Shown here: positions 47,783-59,296 of the stretch, piece after piece | How the letters are laid out: each line of letters opens with the position of its first letter | Numbering within the stretch: position 1 is the stretch's first letter | Assembly (NCBI GenBank): GCA_050290185.1 | Contig: JBNKHE010000002.1 | Location: forward strand, 128,001-192,000 | Source of the DNA: Pontiella sp. | GTDB lineage: Bacteria; Verrucomicrobiota; Kiritimatiellia; Kiritimatiellales; Pontiellaceae | Length of the DNA stretch: 64,000 nt | Reading direction: 5' to 3' | Notes under the pieces: model-generated | Database searches by the model: none | What the model saw: the letters and a program-made list of their open reading frames with translations, nothing else | Told to the model about the DNA's origin: nothing | Position numbers and translations under genes: made by a program

Positions 47783-47977
47783 ATGAAATACATTGCCGGT
47801 GCCATGATCATTGCTAGCTGCATACTTGCGACGGGCTGCGTTCATCGCGTCGTCACCGTCGAGCCCAAGTATGCCAATCCCAAAACCAAGAACCAGTATG
47901 GTGGAAACCACACCAAATACGTCGACGATAGGATCATCTGGTTCTGGCAGGATGGTTTCCGCAACCCGGAAGAATAA
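47783..47977 (+). CDS. Small lipoprotein
   Basis: RBS GAGGAG, signal with lipobox ATGC, C-terminal IIWFWQ. Confidence 0.7.
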   Translation: MKYIAGAMIIASCILATGCVHRVVTVEPKYANPKTKNQYGGNHTKYVDDRIIWFWQDGFRNPEE

Positions 47978-48166
47978 GGTCGCATCGCCAAATCCCCGAC
48001 CGGACCTTGGCCCAAGCCTACCCTGATTCTGCCAAAGATCCTTGGTCAGAAAGCAAGCCTCTATCTATTGATATGAAAAGATATGGCGACTCCGCGCGCT
48101 TGTACGTTTCCTGCACCTCGCCCTGGAGGGGATCATGATTCCCGCCTGCAACCAGCATTCTGACTT

Positions 48167-48337
48167 CTAGCGCCAGCTCAGGCTCATCAGGATGCGCAGC
48201 ATATACCAGAACAAGAGCGCAACACATGCAAACCGTTGCAAGGATGCCGCAACGTGTTGATCCGCGGAATAATGGTTCATGGTTCTCACCGTCTCGTAAA
48301 GGATTGCTCTGCTGGCCAGGATGCCCCCAAAGACCAT
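48167..48337 (-). pseudogene. C-terminal remnant of a Bax inhibitor-1/YccA-family gene
   Basis: ILASRAILYETVRTMNHYSADQHVAASLQRFACVALLFWYMLRILMS resembles the family C-terminus (AILY.T....HY....VAA.L.LFASVALLFWY.LR); the 5' part is missing and Arg residues interrupt TM segments. Confidence 0.7.
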
Positions 48338-48732
48338 GTCTCTATGCTCTAAAAAACGCACGGCATCACATCGGGCATTCTCACTTTTCCAACAGCTTCA
48401 ATCCGCGAAATCTGCCTGGATAGATCTTGGCATGCTGAACTCTTTCCTCTAAAAACCACCCTCATTTTTGTCAAACGTCTACCAAAAGTGGCACGCGCGA
48501 AAGGCGTCGGCGGACGCGGAAAAAACCCCCATTAAGCTGCATAGCTTAAGGAAAGTGACGGAGTAGCGGTAGAAGATAGGTTGATCCATCCGATCTCGGC
48601 ATGGTCGGCAGCCCAGGTTGGTTTTTAAGTATTCGCAAACCACCAGAAAAGCTGCTGCACAACCGAGCAGGAACGCCTTTATCAGAGCAACCGAACTCCT
48701 TTCATGAACCATTATTCATCAAATAAACGCCC

Positions 48733-49926
48733 ATGAAAAATATACTTACACTCTGCATAATTTTATTCGCGATGCATTCCGGCCCGATCCGCGCGGGAGA
48801 CATCCTCTCCCCGCTCAACCAACTTGGATACGGCACGGTTTCCGGCCGCCTGCAATCGCTGAGCATGTACCGTGATTTTGAAAGCGGAGGGAACCGAAAC
48901 GGAGCCAACTCCAGCATGGGTCTTATTTTGAATTACACCACGCCCGACGTGGCGGGCTTCAGTGCCGGACTGGGATACAACTACGCCGATGTGACGTACG
49001 AGAACAACCTCTCGGGCATGCTGGCAAATGACGACATCAATATCCTGAATGAAGGATGGGTTCGGTATGCTTTCGGAATCGGGTCGTTCTCCAACTCCAC
49101 TGTGCTGGTGGGCCGCAAAATCTATAATGGCGAAGTTTTCCGCGCGGATGATTTCCGCCAGAAGTCCCGATCCATCGAAGCCGTTCAGCTTAAGACATCG
49201 GATATCGGACATGTCCAACTAACGGTTGGACATGCCGCCAAGCTGAGCAACTGGATCGACAGCGGGGATAAATGGAAATTTAACAACTTCGGCGACGTCT
49301 TCGGAGCCAGCTACAACACGGATGGCGTGACCTGGGGAGAACTGACCCGCACCGGATGCGGCGATGCGCTTGAGATCGCATTGTTCGATGCCTATGCCTG
49401 GGATGTGGCCAACCTGGCCGGAACCCGGACGAAATGGGACGTGTCCGAACACAGCGCACTTATTGGATACTATCGCCACGAGAATGATATCGGACAGGCG
49501 GCCGAACACCATGCGGATGCATATGGACTGTCATGGCAGCAAAAGGTTGGCGATATTGCACTCGAGCCGGGGTTCTTCAGTGTACACGGTGGAACCCTCC
49601 GGTTTCAGGAAACAACCACCGGGATCAACCATCCGCTCGGTGCCTCCATGGAAATTTGCTCCTGCCAGTTTAACGGCGGAGCGGATAGTGCCTACCTGAA
49701 AGTGACCACAACGGTTGGAAAAACCAAGCTTTACGGGATCTACAACTACACGTGGCACAACAAGCTTTCGTTCGATGGACAGGAGCTGAATCTGGTGATC
49801 AGGCAACCTATCATGGAAAATCTCTCTATCGCCTTCAAGGGAGGCTTCGGCTACCGCGACCAAAAAGATGGCACTGCAAACAAGACCGATACCGATGCGC
49901 GCCTCTTCGTGACCTACGCGTTCTAG
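48733..49926 (+). CDS. Outer-membrane porin-like protein (OprD-like)
   Basis: Signal peptide, alternating beta-strand pattern, ILNEGWVRY, VGRK, C-terminal DARLFVTYAF. Confidence 0.75.
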   Translation: MKNILTLCIILFAMHSGPIRAGDILSPLNQLGYGTVSGRLQSLSMYRDFESGGNRNGANSSMGLILNYTTPDVAGFSAGLGYNYADVTYENNLSGMLANDDINILNEGWVRYAFGIGSFSNSTVLVGRKIYNGEVFRADDFRQKSRSIEAVQLKTSDIGHVQLTVGHAAKLSNWIDSGDKWKFNNFGDVFGASYNTDGVTWGELTRTGCGDALEIALFDAYAWDVANLAGTRTKWDVSEHSALIGYYRHENDIGQAAEHHADAYGLSWQQKVGDIALEPGFFSVHGGTLRFQETTTGINHPLGASMEICSCQFNGGADSAYLKVTTTVGKTKLYGIYNYTWHNKLSFDGQELNLVIRQPIMENLSIAFKGGFGYRDQKDGTANKTDTDARLFVTYAF

Positions 49927-49957
49927 GATTCTTTCAGCACTATGCGCAGGGAGAAGG

Positions 49958-50749
49958 TCAACCGAAAAGCCGTTCTGCGTTGCGGAAGGTCAGATCTGCC
50001 AGATGCTCCTCGGAAATACCACGCAGCTCGGCGGTCGTGGCGAGCACATAGCGCAGGTTGGCAGGTTCGTTTATCAACCGTTCGTCCGCAACAAGGCAGG
50101 ATGCCTCGTCTGCGTTGCAGGGCATGATATCGGGGGCATCGGTTTCGATCAAAATTCGATCCTCGGGCACGGAACGGATAGCCGGGCCGGCCTTTCTATT
50201 GTTCGGACGGGTAATCGAGCCGGAGAACGAGATGTATCCCCCGCGTTTTACCAGCTCCATTGCCACCTCCGCCGAACCACCGAAACAGTGGATCAACATT
50301 CCGCGGGGCAATTCGCCGAATCCATCAAGCAATTCGATCAACCGCCCCCAGGCCTGACGGCAATGAATGGAAACGGGCCGTTCTAGCCGCTTTGCCAAGT
50401 CAAGCTGGGCCAGAAAGACGGATTCCTGATCCGTGTCGTCGCGATGGTCAACGGCATGATCGATCCCGATCTCACCCACACTGGCTTGAGGGTATTGGCG
50501 CAACAGCGACTCCAATGAACCCACCCATTCTTCGGAACGTTCTGCAATGAACCACGGATGCAGCCCGAAGGCCGGATGGATGCCATCGTATGATTCCATG
50601 ATCTGGATTACACGCAGCCAGTCATCCTCGCAGCATCCTTTCACACCCATTTCCACAATGCCGGCTTCGCGCGCCCTCGCCATCACCTCTCCGATTTTCG
50701 AATAGAGGCGTTCATCCTGAATGTGGTTGTGACAATCGAACAGTTGCAC
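49958..50749 (-). CDS. tatD: TatD-family hydrolase
   Basis: FDCHNH, FGLHPW, VGEIGID, IHCRQA, IHCF, ILIETDAP, NEPAN. Confidence 0.93.
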   Translation of the reverse strand: MQLFDCHNHIQDERLYSKIGEVMARAREAGIVEMGVKGCCEDDWLRVIQIMESYDGIHPAFGLHPWFIAERSEEWVGSLESLLRQYPQASVGEIGIDHAVDHRDDTDQESVFLAQLDLAKRLERPVSIHCRQAWGRLIELLDGFGELPRGMLIHCFGGSAEVAMELVKRGGYISFSGSITRPNNRKAGPAIRSVPEDRILIETDAPDIMPCNADEASCLVADERLINEPANLRYVLATTAELRGISEEHLADLTFRNAERLFG

Positions 50750-50833
50750 TTCCCTGACCTATCGCGCTGACGAGATTAATTTCATGGAGGTTTTTACTCC
50801 TTGTATCGCAAAAGGTCTTATACATTCGCTTTC

Positions 50834-52189
50834 ATGAAAAAAGCGATTCTTTGCTCTGCATTACTGATTATGCTTCCATCTGCTCACGCCCGCACATGGA
50901 CCAACGCAAAGGGTCAAACGGTCGAGGCAGAGGTGGTTCAGGTCAATCCGGACAAGACGGTTGAGTTGCGAACCAGCCGCGGAAAAACTCTCACCGTGCC
51001 CTTCAGCACCTTTTCGGAAGAGGACGTCCTGTACCTCGAAAACCTCCTGGCCCAGCCCGCCGACCTGGATCCGGTCCCATGGGAAAAACTGAACGAACTG
51101 CTGGGCCTTCCGCTCTGGAGCGACAGCAACCTCTGGGACGATCCCTGCGCGGACGTCGCGGACCGACTGCATCTCAACCTCGAATCGAAAACCGACTTTC
51201 TTGAAAACTACCGGGCGTATCCCCTGGGCCATGCAAAACTCTTCGGCGAGCCGGTTTTTGCCCAGGCCCTGTACGGCAACGGGAATCATACGGACAGCCT
51301 TACGCTGGTCTTCCTCAACTGCGGCGATGTATCGCCCTATCTCACACGCGAGAAGATCGAGGAGAGCATTGAAGCGAGCGGAGAGACCGTGCTCGCCAGC
51401 ATCGAGACCGTGCTGGGCGAACCCAAACGCGACTCCCTCGGCAAGGATGATCTGCGTGAAAAGGTATGGCGGTGGGACTGGAACGACCATGCCATCCTGC
51501 TCTCGCTGCAGGAAAGTAAGTACGTAGCGATACGCATCATGCCGAAGACCCGGGCCAACCAAGGCGGTCCGACCAATAACATCAAGGATGACGAACTCAA
51601 AGCCCGGCTGGCCTCCTGTGTTGAACGACGCGAAAACGGCGATGTAATTGTTCGTAACATCCCGATGGTCAACCAGGGACCCAAGGGCTATTGCGTGCCG
51701 GCCACCTGGGAACGCTACCTGCGCTATATGGATATCCCGGTCGACATGTATCTGCTGGCGCTTGCCGCCGATACCGGTATCGGCGGAGGAACCTTTACCG
51801 AAGATATGACCAAGGCCACGGAAAACATCATCGGCTCCAATGGCCGCAAGCTCGGACGCTGTGGGTCGAAACCCGATGTGGAAACCGTCGCCAAACAGAT
51901 CGACAAGGGCCTGCCCATCCTGTGGACCCTCGAAAGCACGCCGGCCTTTCAAATGGCGGCGAACACAAACACCGCGAAACGCCAGGGCGACACCACTACG
52001 ACATGGTCGGCCGGCCAGGCCGAGGATACGACACCCACCGGACACATGTGCCTGATCATCGGCTACAACAGGAAAACCGGCGAGATCGCCATCTCCGACA
52101 GCTGGGGGCCCCAATTCGCCGAACGCTGGGTCACTGAAAAGCAGGCCGAAGCGGCCTCCGACGGCGAGATGAACATTATCAAGTGGTAG
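50834..52189 (+). CDS. Secreted protein with SHD1-like N-domain and C39-like (papain-fold) cysteine peptidase
   Basis: ARTWTNAKGQTVEAE..FSEEDVLYL; NQGPKGYCVPAT (Cys), GHMCLIIGYN (His), ISDSWG (Asp). Confidence 0.85.
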   Translation: MKKAILCSALLIMLPSAHARTWTNAKGQTVEAEVVQVNPDKTVELRTSRGKTLTVPFSTFSEEDVLYLENLLAQPADLDPVPWEKLNELLGLPLWSDSNLWDDPCADVADRLHLNLESKTDFLENYRAYPLGHAKLFGEPVFAQALYGNGNHTDSLTLVFLNCGDVSPYLTREKIEESIEASGETVLASIETVLGEPKRDSLGKDDLREKVWRWDWNDHAILLSLQESKYVAIRIMPKTRANQGGPTNNIKDDELKARLASCVERRENGDVIVRNIPMVNQGPKGYCVPATWERYLRYMDIPVDMYLLALAADTGIGGGTFTEDMTKATENIIGSNGRKLGRCGSKPDVETVAKQIDKGLPILWTLESTPAFQMAANTNTAKRQGDTTTTWSAGQAEDTTPTGHMCLIIGYNRKTGEIAISDSWGPQFAERWVTEKQAEAASDGEMNIIKW

Positions 52190-52307
52190 AAACGCCTGTT
52201 TTCCGGATTCTTCCCCCCGCCCGCTTTTACAACCCTTATTTGTTTGCCCCCCTTTGGGGTCGCCGATATATTCGCCGCTCAATTTTGGGGAAACAACTAA
52301 TATTTAA

Positions 52308-53606
<1,299 letters not shown>

Positions 53607-53628
53607 CCCGATACTTCGGTGTTGTTCC

Positions 53629-53660
53629 AAAGGCGGCCTTCGGGTCGCCTTTTCTTTTTT
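53629..53660 (+). terminator. Rho-independent terminator of eno
   Basis: aggcggcc-ttcg-ggtcgcct followed by a T tract. Confidence 0.88.
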
Positions 53661-53684
53661 GACGCATCGTGCTACAAGATCTCC

Positions 53685-54515
53685 ATGTTTAAATTCATCT
53701 CTCCCCTGCTGCTCGCACTGTTGTTGCCTGGATGCCGGACCCAGTCCGTTCCGCAAACGTCGTTCTCCTTTGGTGTCGTGGCGGACATCCAGTATGCGGA
53801 CAAGGATGCCCGTGGGGCACGGCACTACCGGAGCTCGCTGGACCGGCTGGACGAATGCGTTGACGAACTGAACCGGCACGACCTCGCCTTCACGATCCAG
53901 CTGGGGGATATTATCGATGGAAACGAAACCACGGAGGCCACGGCCACGGACCTCGACACCGTGCTGCAGCACTGCAGCCAGCTAAACATGCCTTTATACC
54001 ACGTGATCGGGAACCATTGCCTGACGGCCGACAGGGAAGGGCTTCAGCAGAAACTTGGACTTGAATCCTCCTACTACGACTTCGCCGTACCCGAAGCAGC
54101 GGGATGGCGCTTTATCGTACTCGACGGGATGGATGGCGGATACGGCAGTCTCTCTGAAGTGCAACTGGCGTGGCTGAAAACCACCTTGGATGCCGCGCGC
54201 GCCGCGCGGGAAAAGATCATCGTCTTCTGCCATTTTCCTCTGATCGAAAGGGCCGCATCCAACCTTCGAATGCAGCAACCGGACCCCGTCCTGCAGGAGC
54301 TCATTGCATCCGGTTGCGTGGTGGCCTATTTCGCCGGTCACGACCATGCCGGAGGCTATGCGTTCCAGGACGGCATACACCACATCACACTCAAGGGCAT
54401 GGTAGAAGCCGCCGATAGCAATGCCTATGCAATCTTCGAGGTCCGGCCCGGCCAGCTGAAGGAAACCGGCTTTGGGCTTGAGCCGGGCCGGGAAATGGTC
54501 TTCGGCAGTAGATAG
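53685..54515 (+). CDS. Metallophosphoesterase lipoprotein, ADP-ribose/CDP-alcohol diphosphatase-like
   Basis: Lipobox LPGC; ADIQYAD, RHYRSSL, QLGDIIDG, GNHC, CHFP, AGHDHAGGY. Confidence 0.85.
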   Translation: MFKFISPLLLALLLPGCRTQSVPQTSFSFGVVADIQYADKDARGARHYRSSLDRLDECVDELNRHDLAFTIQLGDIIDGNETTEATATDLDTVLQHCSQLNMPLYHVIGNHCLTADREGLQQKLGLESSYYDFAVPEAAGWRFIVLDGMDGGYGSLSEVQLAWLKTTLDAARAAREKIIVFCHFPLIERAASNLRMQQPDPVLQELIASGCVVAYFAGHDHAGGYAFQDGIHHITLKGMVEAADSNAYAIFEVRPGQLKETGFGLEPGREMVFGSR

Positions 54516-54615
54516 CATACCGGGAAACGACAGGTATAAAACAGTCTTGTTGATCCCCGGAGAGTCGTTATATTCCCAGATATTTCACGGATTATACATC
54601 ACGAATCACGTAACC

Positions 54616-54924
54616 ATGCAGCAAACGGAAAAATACTGGAACCTGATCAACCGCATCGTGCTGATTGCCATCATTGTCATGGCCGGCGTCGGTGTGGTGC
54701 TCGCCTTTGCCCCCAAGGTGAAGCAACTCAAAGATCATCAGGAGACGTACAACTCGCTGCAGCAGCGCATTGAAATCACCGTAACCTCCGAAAACGAACT
54801 CAAGGAAAAGCAACGGCGCTTCACGACCGATCCGGAATTTGTGGAACGGATTGCCCACGAGGTCGGGTACGCCCGCAAGGACGAAACCATCTTCCACTTC
54901 CCCGAGGAAACCGGGGGGCAGTGA
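54616..54924 (+). CDS. ftsB: Septum formation initiator (FtsB/DivIC family)
   Basis: One TM, coiled coil, DPEFVERIAHEVGYARKDETIF; near eno. Confidence 0.85.
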   Translation: MQQTEKYWNLINRIVLIAIIVMAGVGVVLAFAPKVKQLKDHQETYNSLQQRIEITVTSENELKEKQRRFTTDPEFVERIAHEVGYARKDETIFHFPEETGGQ

Positions 54925-55041
54925 TTCTCGATTTCTGAATTTCGAATGTTGATTTTCGGAAGGGCCTCGCCCAAACCCCTTCTCGAAGAGAACGCCGTCG
55001 GAGACCAACCCATCAAAAACCAGCAATTAGCAATCAAAAAT
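54924..55041. repeat. Inverted tandem-repeat cassette, 7-bp period, overlapping the thiD 5' end
   Basis: ttctcga-tttctga-atttcga-atgttga-ttttcgg ... tcaaaaa-ccagcaa-ttagcaa-tcaaaaa. Confidence 0.75.
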
Positions 55042-55857
55042 GATCCCGTCCCCATTGCCTGGACCATTGCCGGATCCGATTCGGGCGGCGGCGCAGGCAT
55101 TCAGGCCGACCTCAAGGTGATGAACGCCTTTGGCATACACGGCTGCTCTGTGATTACCGCGCTGACGGCTCAGAATACGCTCGGCGTATCTTCCGTGGAG
55201 CCCGCTTCCATGCACATGCTCCAGGCCCAGCTCCTTGCACTAAAATCCGATCTCCCTGCTGCTGCCATCAAGACCGGAATGCTGGGCTCCGCCGAAACCT
55301 GCCGTATGCTGGTGGAATATTTCGCGGCGCTCCCTTCCCCCTGTCCCCCGCTCGTTTGCGACCCCATCCTCAAATCTACGTCCGGCACAAACCTGCTTGA
55401 TCCCGCCGCCATTGACCTCCTCCTTCACGGCCTGTTTCCCCATGTAACGGTTTTAACGCCCAATATTCCTGAAGCGGAAACACTTCTGGGGCAGGCCATC
55501 ACATCCGTGGAACACGCGGCGGAGCGACTTTTGGCCAAGGGAGTGCAGTCTGTCTTGATTAAAGGCGGACATGCTTCCGGCGATGAATGCCGGGATTACT
55601 GGACCGACGGCACACAATCATTCTGGCTATCCAGCCCACGCATCGAAACCCGCGCCACGCATGGAACCGGATGCATCCTCTCAGCGGCCATCGCATCGGC
55701 CATTGCGCTCGGCCAATCCATCCCCGACGCCGTCGTGACGGCCAAAACCTTCCTGAACCAATGCCTGCACGCGCCTGCCCGGCTGGGTAATGGACATGGC
55801 CCCATGGAAATCACACCTTTCCGGAATAATCCAAAAGACCGACCAACAATCCGGTAA
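54946..55857 (+). CDS. thiD: Hydroxymethylpyrimidine/phosphomethylpyrimidine kinase
   Basis: TIAGSDSGGGAGIQADLK, TALTAQNT, IKTGML, LTPNIPEA, LIKGGH, HGTGC. Confidence 0.95.
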   Translation: MLIFGRASPKPLLEENAVGDQPIKNQQLAIKNDPVPIAWTIAGSDSGGGAGIQADLKVMNAFGIHGCSVITALTAQNTLGVSSVEPASMHMLQAQLLALKSDLPAAAIKTGMLGSAETCRMLVEYFAALPSPCPPLVCDPILKSTSGTNLLDPAAIDLLLHGLFPHVTVLTPNIPEAETLLGQAITSVEHAAERLLAKGVQSVLIKGGHASGDECRDYWTDGTQSFWLSSPRIETRATHGTGCILSAAIASAIALGQSIPDAVVTAKTFLNQCLHAPARLGNGHGPMEITPFRNNPKDRPTIR

Positions 55858-55899
55858 TCCACCCTTTCATTCTTCCGCACTTCTTAATACTCTCTGCAC

Positions 55900-56370
55900 A
55901 TGGAATCGTTACCCCTCTACACCACGCTTCTGCTTGCCGGCTTCGTACTGATCGGTACGGAAATTTTTATTCCGGGCGGCATCCTCGGTATCTTTGGCGC
56001 CATGGCCTGGATTGCGGCGGCAGTTGTGGGCCTGCAGAAATTCCCGGCACCATGGAATTTCATCAGCACCATCGCCCTGCTGTTCTTCGCCCTGCTGACC
56101 TTTGTCGTCTGGATCCGCTACTTTCCGAAAAGCCGGCTTGGCAAAAGCTTGTCGCTGAACGAAAGTTCCGCCACCCACAAATCGCATAAAGCGACGGATT
56201 TCCCGGTAGGATCGGAAGGGAAAGCGCTCTCGATCCTGCGGCCTTCCGGCATTGCTGTTTTCGATGGCAAGCGCCTCGACGTGGTTGCCGACGGAGAGTG
56301 GATCGAGGCCGGTGAGTCTGTAAAAATATCATCAACCTCCGGGGGTCATATCTCCGTTGTGAAAGTCTAG
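55900..56370 (+). CDS. Short NfeD-family membrane protein
   Basis: EIFIPGGILG, TM segments, C-terminal LRPSGIA.FDGKRLDVVADGEWI. Confidence 0.9.
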   Translation: MESLPLYTTLLLAGFVLIGTEIFIPGGILGIFGAMAWIAAAVVGLQKFPAPWNFISTIALLFFALLTFVVWIRYFPKSRLGKSLSLNESSATHKSHKATDFPVGSEGKALSILRPSGIAVFDGKRLDVVADGEWIEAGESVKISSTSGGHISVVKV

Positions 56371-56374
56371 ATCC

Positions 56375-57553
56375 ATGCGTTTGAACTGTCTTACCATTGC
56401 ATTTGCCGTCCTACTTATTCACTCGGTGCAGGCCAATGAATTCATTTTTACCAATAACTACACGGTGGTCGCGGGCCAGACCGTCGAAGGCGAACAATGG
56501 GTGGGCGCCAATACCATCCAGGCGGAGGGAACATTCCAAGACGACCTGTTTGCCAGTTCCGGCACCAAGCTACTGCTGACCGGCATCTATGAAGGAAACA
56601 TCTGGGGAACCGCCATGGCAGAAACACGGCTCTCCGGAGTTTGCGAACGCAATGTGCGTCTGATGGCACCCACCATCCGGATAACGGGCGCCATCGGCGG
56701 CAACCTGATGGCCGCAGCCAATACCATTTCCATTGCAACGAACGCCGTCATCTCCGGCAACGCGCTCCTGTACGCCAACCAGATTATCATGGAAGGTTCG
56801 GTTGGCGGCTCGTTGACCCTGTCTTCCATGCGCACGGTTACCGTCAGCGGAAACATTCAGGGCGATACCCGCATCTCCGCCCCGGACATTATCCTTTCCG
56901 ACGAAGCGCGCATCCATGGGAACCTGTCCTATACAACCAGCAAGGAACTGATCCCATCGGAAAATGCCGTGGAGGGGAATCTGAAACGCATTTTTCCGGA
57001 AAGCCCTTATACCACGGCCCGAGTCCAGAAACATGCCATAGCGTTTGTCGCCGCATTTCTTACGGGCATTCCGTTCATTTCTCTGTTTCCCATGACCACG
57101 GCCATGGCGTCGTTGCTGGTGCGCAAATCGCCGTTTAAATGCCTGCTGGTCGGCTTCATCGCCGCCGGGGCCATTCCCTTCTTTGCCCTCATAAGTATTT
57201 CATCCACGGTTGGATTCCCACTGGGCGCGGTGGTCCTGGCCTCGTGGGGCATACTGGTCTACATCAGCAGAATCATCATGGGACTGATGATCGGAACGCT
57301 GGTGCTGAAATCGGGCACCACCTCGGCCGGACGCGTAATGCTGGCCATGGCCACCGGTCTGGCGATTATCTACATCTTTACCTTCATCCCCGCCCCCATT
57401 GGCGGGATCGCCCAGTTTATTACCATTTGGATGGGTATGGGGTCGCTGTTGCTGGCTCTGCTCCAGAAGCGCCGGCTGATCATCAAGGTTCCCGAAGAAC
57501 TCCGCCAGCTTGAAGCGTTGAAAAACGAAAAATACAACCCCGAGGAGGAATAG
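56375..57553 (+). CDS. Exported beta-helix (polymer-forming/bactofilin-like repeat) protein with C-terminal membrane domain
   Basis: Signal peptide, repeated I.G.(I/V).G(N/D) units of about 15-17 aa, then about five TM helices. Confidence 0.75.
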   Translation: MRLNCLTIAFAVLLIHSVQANEFIFTNNYTVVAGQTVEGEQWVGANTIQAEGTFQDDLFASSGTKLLLTGIYEGNIWGTAMAETRLSGVCERNVRLMAPTIRITGAIGGNLMAAANTISIATNAVISGNALLYANQIIMEGSVGGSLTLSSMRTVTVSGNIQGDTRISAPDIILSDEARIHGNLSYTTSKELIPSENAVEGNLKRIFPESPYTTARVQKHAIAFVAAFLTGIPFISLFPMTTAMASLLVRKSPFKCLLVGFIAAGAIPFFALISISSTVGFPLGAVVLASWGILVYISRIIMGLMIGTLVLKSGTTSAGRVMLAMATGLAIIYIFTFIPAPIGGIAQFITIWMGMGSLLLALLQKRRLIIKVPEELRQLEALKNEKYNPEEE

Positions 57554-57555
57554 CC

Positions 57556-58605
57556 ATGGATCAAATTATGTTAATTCTGACGATTATCGCGACACTGGTT
57601 ATGCTGGTGCTCATTGGACTGATTCTATCCGTCATCGTTCTATGGGTGCGCGCATGGGCCGCCCAGGCCACCGTCCGCATCCGCGACCTCATCGGCATGA
57701 AGCTGCGCCGCGTTCCTCCGCAACAGGTCGTGTTGACCTATATTTCCGCCGTAAAAGCCGGACTGACCATTTCCACCGACATGCTGGAATCGCACTATCT
57801 GGCCGGCGGAAGCATGCAAAACGTGGTCCGCGCCATGATTGCCGCCGACAAAGCCTGCATCGATCTGCAGTTCCAGCAGGCAGCCGCCATCGACCTCGCC
57901 GGCCGCAATATTGTCGATGCCGTACAGACCAGCGTAAATCCAAAAGTGATCGACTGCCCCGGTCAGGCCAATTCGACGAACGGCATGCTCGACGCCGTGG
58001 CAAAGGATGGTATTCGCCTGCTCGTAAAGGCGCGGGTTACCGTACGGACCAACCTTGAACGTCTGGTTGGGGGAGCAACGGAAGAAACCATTATCGCCCG
58101 GGTGGGCCAGGGCATTGTCAGTGCGATCGGATCGATGGCCTCCTACAAGAATGTGCTCGAAAACCCGGACTCTATCAGCCGCAAGGTGCTGGAGAGCGGC
58201 CTTGATGCGCAAACCGCCTTCGAAATTGTTTCAATCGATATCGCCGATGTTTCCGTAGCCGGTGTCGGACAGATCGCCAACGTGGGTGCCAAGCTGGAAA
58301 CCGACCGTGCCGACGCCGACAAGATCATGCGCCAGGCCGAGGCCGAAGGCCGCCGTGCCATGGCTATCGCCACCGAACAGGAAATGCGCGCAAGGGTTCA
58401 GGAGATGCAGGCGAAGGTCATCGAGGCACAGGCCGAGGTTCCGCTGGCCATGGCCGAAGCCTTCCGTAAAGGCAATCTGGGCGTGATGGACTTCTACCGC
58501 ATGCAGAACATCATGGCCGATACCGCCATGCGCGAGTCGCTCTCCGGCGGAGACGACGACGAAGGCCAAAACGGCACAAGCGATAAGCACAACAAGGGCA
58601 AGTAA
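57556..58605 (+). CDS. floA: Flotillin-like protein FloA (YqfA/UPF0365)
   Basis: [68 protein letters not shown]. Confidence 0.95.
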   Translation: MDQIMLILTIIATLVMLVLIGLILSVIVLWVRAWAAQATVRIRDLIGMKLRRVPPQQVVLTYISAVKAGLTISTDMLESHYLAGGSMQNVVRAMIAADKACIDLQFQQAAAIDLAGRNIVDAVQTSVNPKVIDCPGQANSTNGMLDAVAKDGIRLLVKARVTVRTNLERLVGGATEETIIARVGQGIVSAIGSMASYKNVLENPDSISRKVLESGLDAQTAFEIVSIDIADVSVAGVGQIANVGAKLETDRADADKIMRQAEAEGRRAMAIATEQEMRARVQEMQAKVIEAQAEVPLAMAEAFRKGNLGVMDFYRMQNIMADTAMRESLSGGDDDEGQNGTSDKHNKGK

Positions 58606-58618
58606 ACACAGCCTTTCG

Positions 58619-58650
58619 CAGATGGCACGGAGTCTGTTCCGTGCTGTCTG
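58619..58650. repeat. Intergenic hairpin (REP-like or RNA stabiliser)
   Basis: cagatggcacgga-gtctgt-tccgtgctgtctg; no U tract. Confidence 0.5.
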
Positions 58651-58674
58651 TCAACGGCGCAACGAGGAATAGCC

Positions 58675-59274
58675 ATGGAAGACCTGATTCCCCTGTTTAT
58701 CTTCATTGCAATTGCGGTCATCAACATCCTCAAGGTCCGGGCTGAAAAGCAAGGCAAGGGGGAACAGCCCTCCAAACCTGCAGGGCAAACACCGCCCCGG
58801 CACCAGCCCGCTACGCTTGAAGAGTTTTTTGATGAAATTGCCCGAAAATTCGAACCGAAACCAACCGCCCTTCCCGATTGGCCGGAACATATGGAGCGCC
58901 CCGATTACAGGAAGCAGATGGATGAGTTTAAGCACGCGCAGGCGTTCGAAAACGAGGAACCGGAAGCCGTGATCCCGACAACACCGAAACCGACACCTGC
59001 AACCGCAATAAAATATGATCTGCCCTCTAATGAAGCTCCTCAAATCCATACCACAAGAAAACTAGCCGCCTTCACGTTGCCGGCACAGAGCAAGGCGTTT
59101 GCGGGCCTGGGACACATGCGCATGGCCGAGCCTCCGCTGTTGCGCAGCGCAACAGGGCATACCGGTTTCAAACTGAAAAACCGCAAGCAGCTCAAACAGG
59201 CCCTCATAGCCAGCATGGTCTTTGGCCCGCCACGCGCCTATGACACCTCGTTTGACAATACCATTAAGTATTAA
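58675..59274 (+). CDS. Hypothetical membrane-anchored protein at the YqfB position
   Basis: N-terminal TM, Pro-rich linker, C-terminal LKQALIASMVFGPPRA; follows floA. Confidence 0.75.
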   Translation: MEDLIPLFIFIAIAVINILKVRAEKQGKGEQPSKPAGQTPPRHQPATLEEFFDEIARKFEPKPTALPDWPEHMERPDYRKQMDEFKHAQAFENEEPEAVIPTTPKPTPATAIKYDLPSNEAPQIHTTRKLAAFTLPAQSKAFAGLGHMRMAEPPLLRSATGHTGFKLKNRKQLKQALIASMVFGPPRAYDTSFDNTIKY

Positions 59275-59296
59275 GCATCCCGACCCCGGCAAGTTT

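Noticed and set aside
48485..48530. Possible c-di-GMP-I riboswitch (GAAA loop, GACGC)
   Set aside because: Lacks the GGCAAACC and GCAAAG core and a convincing second stem.
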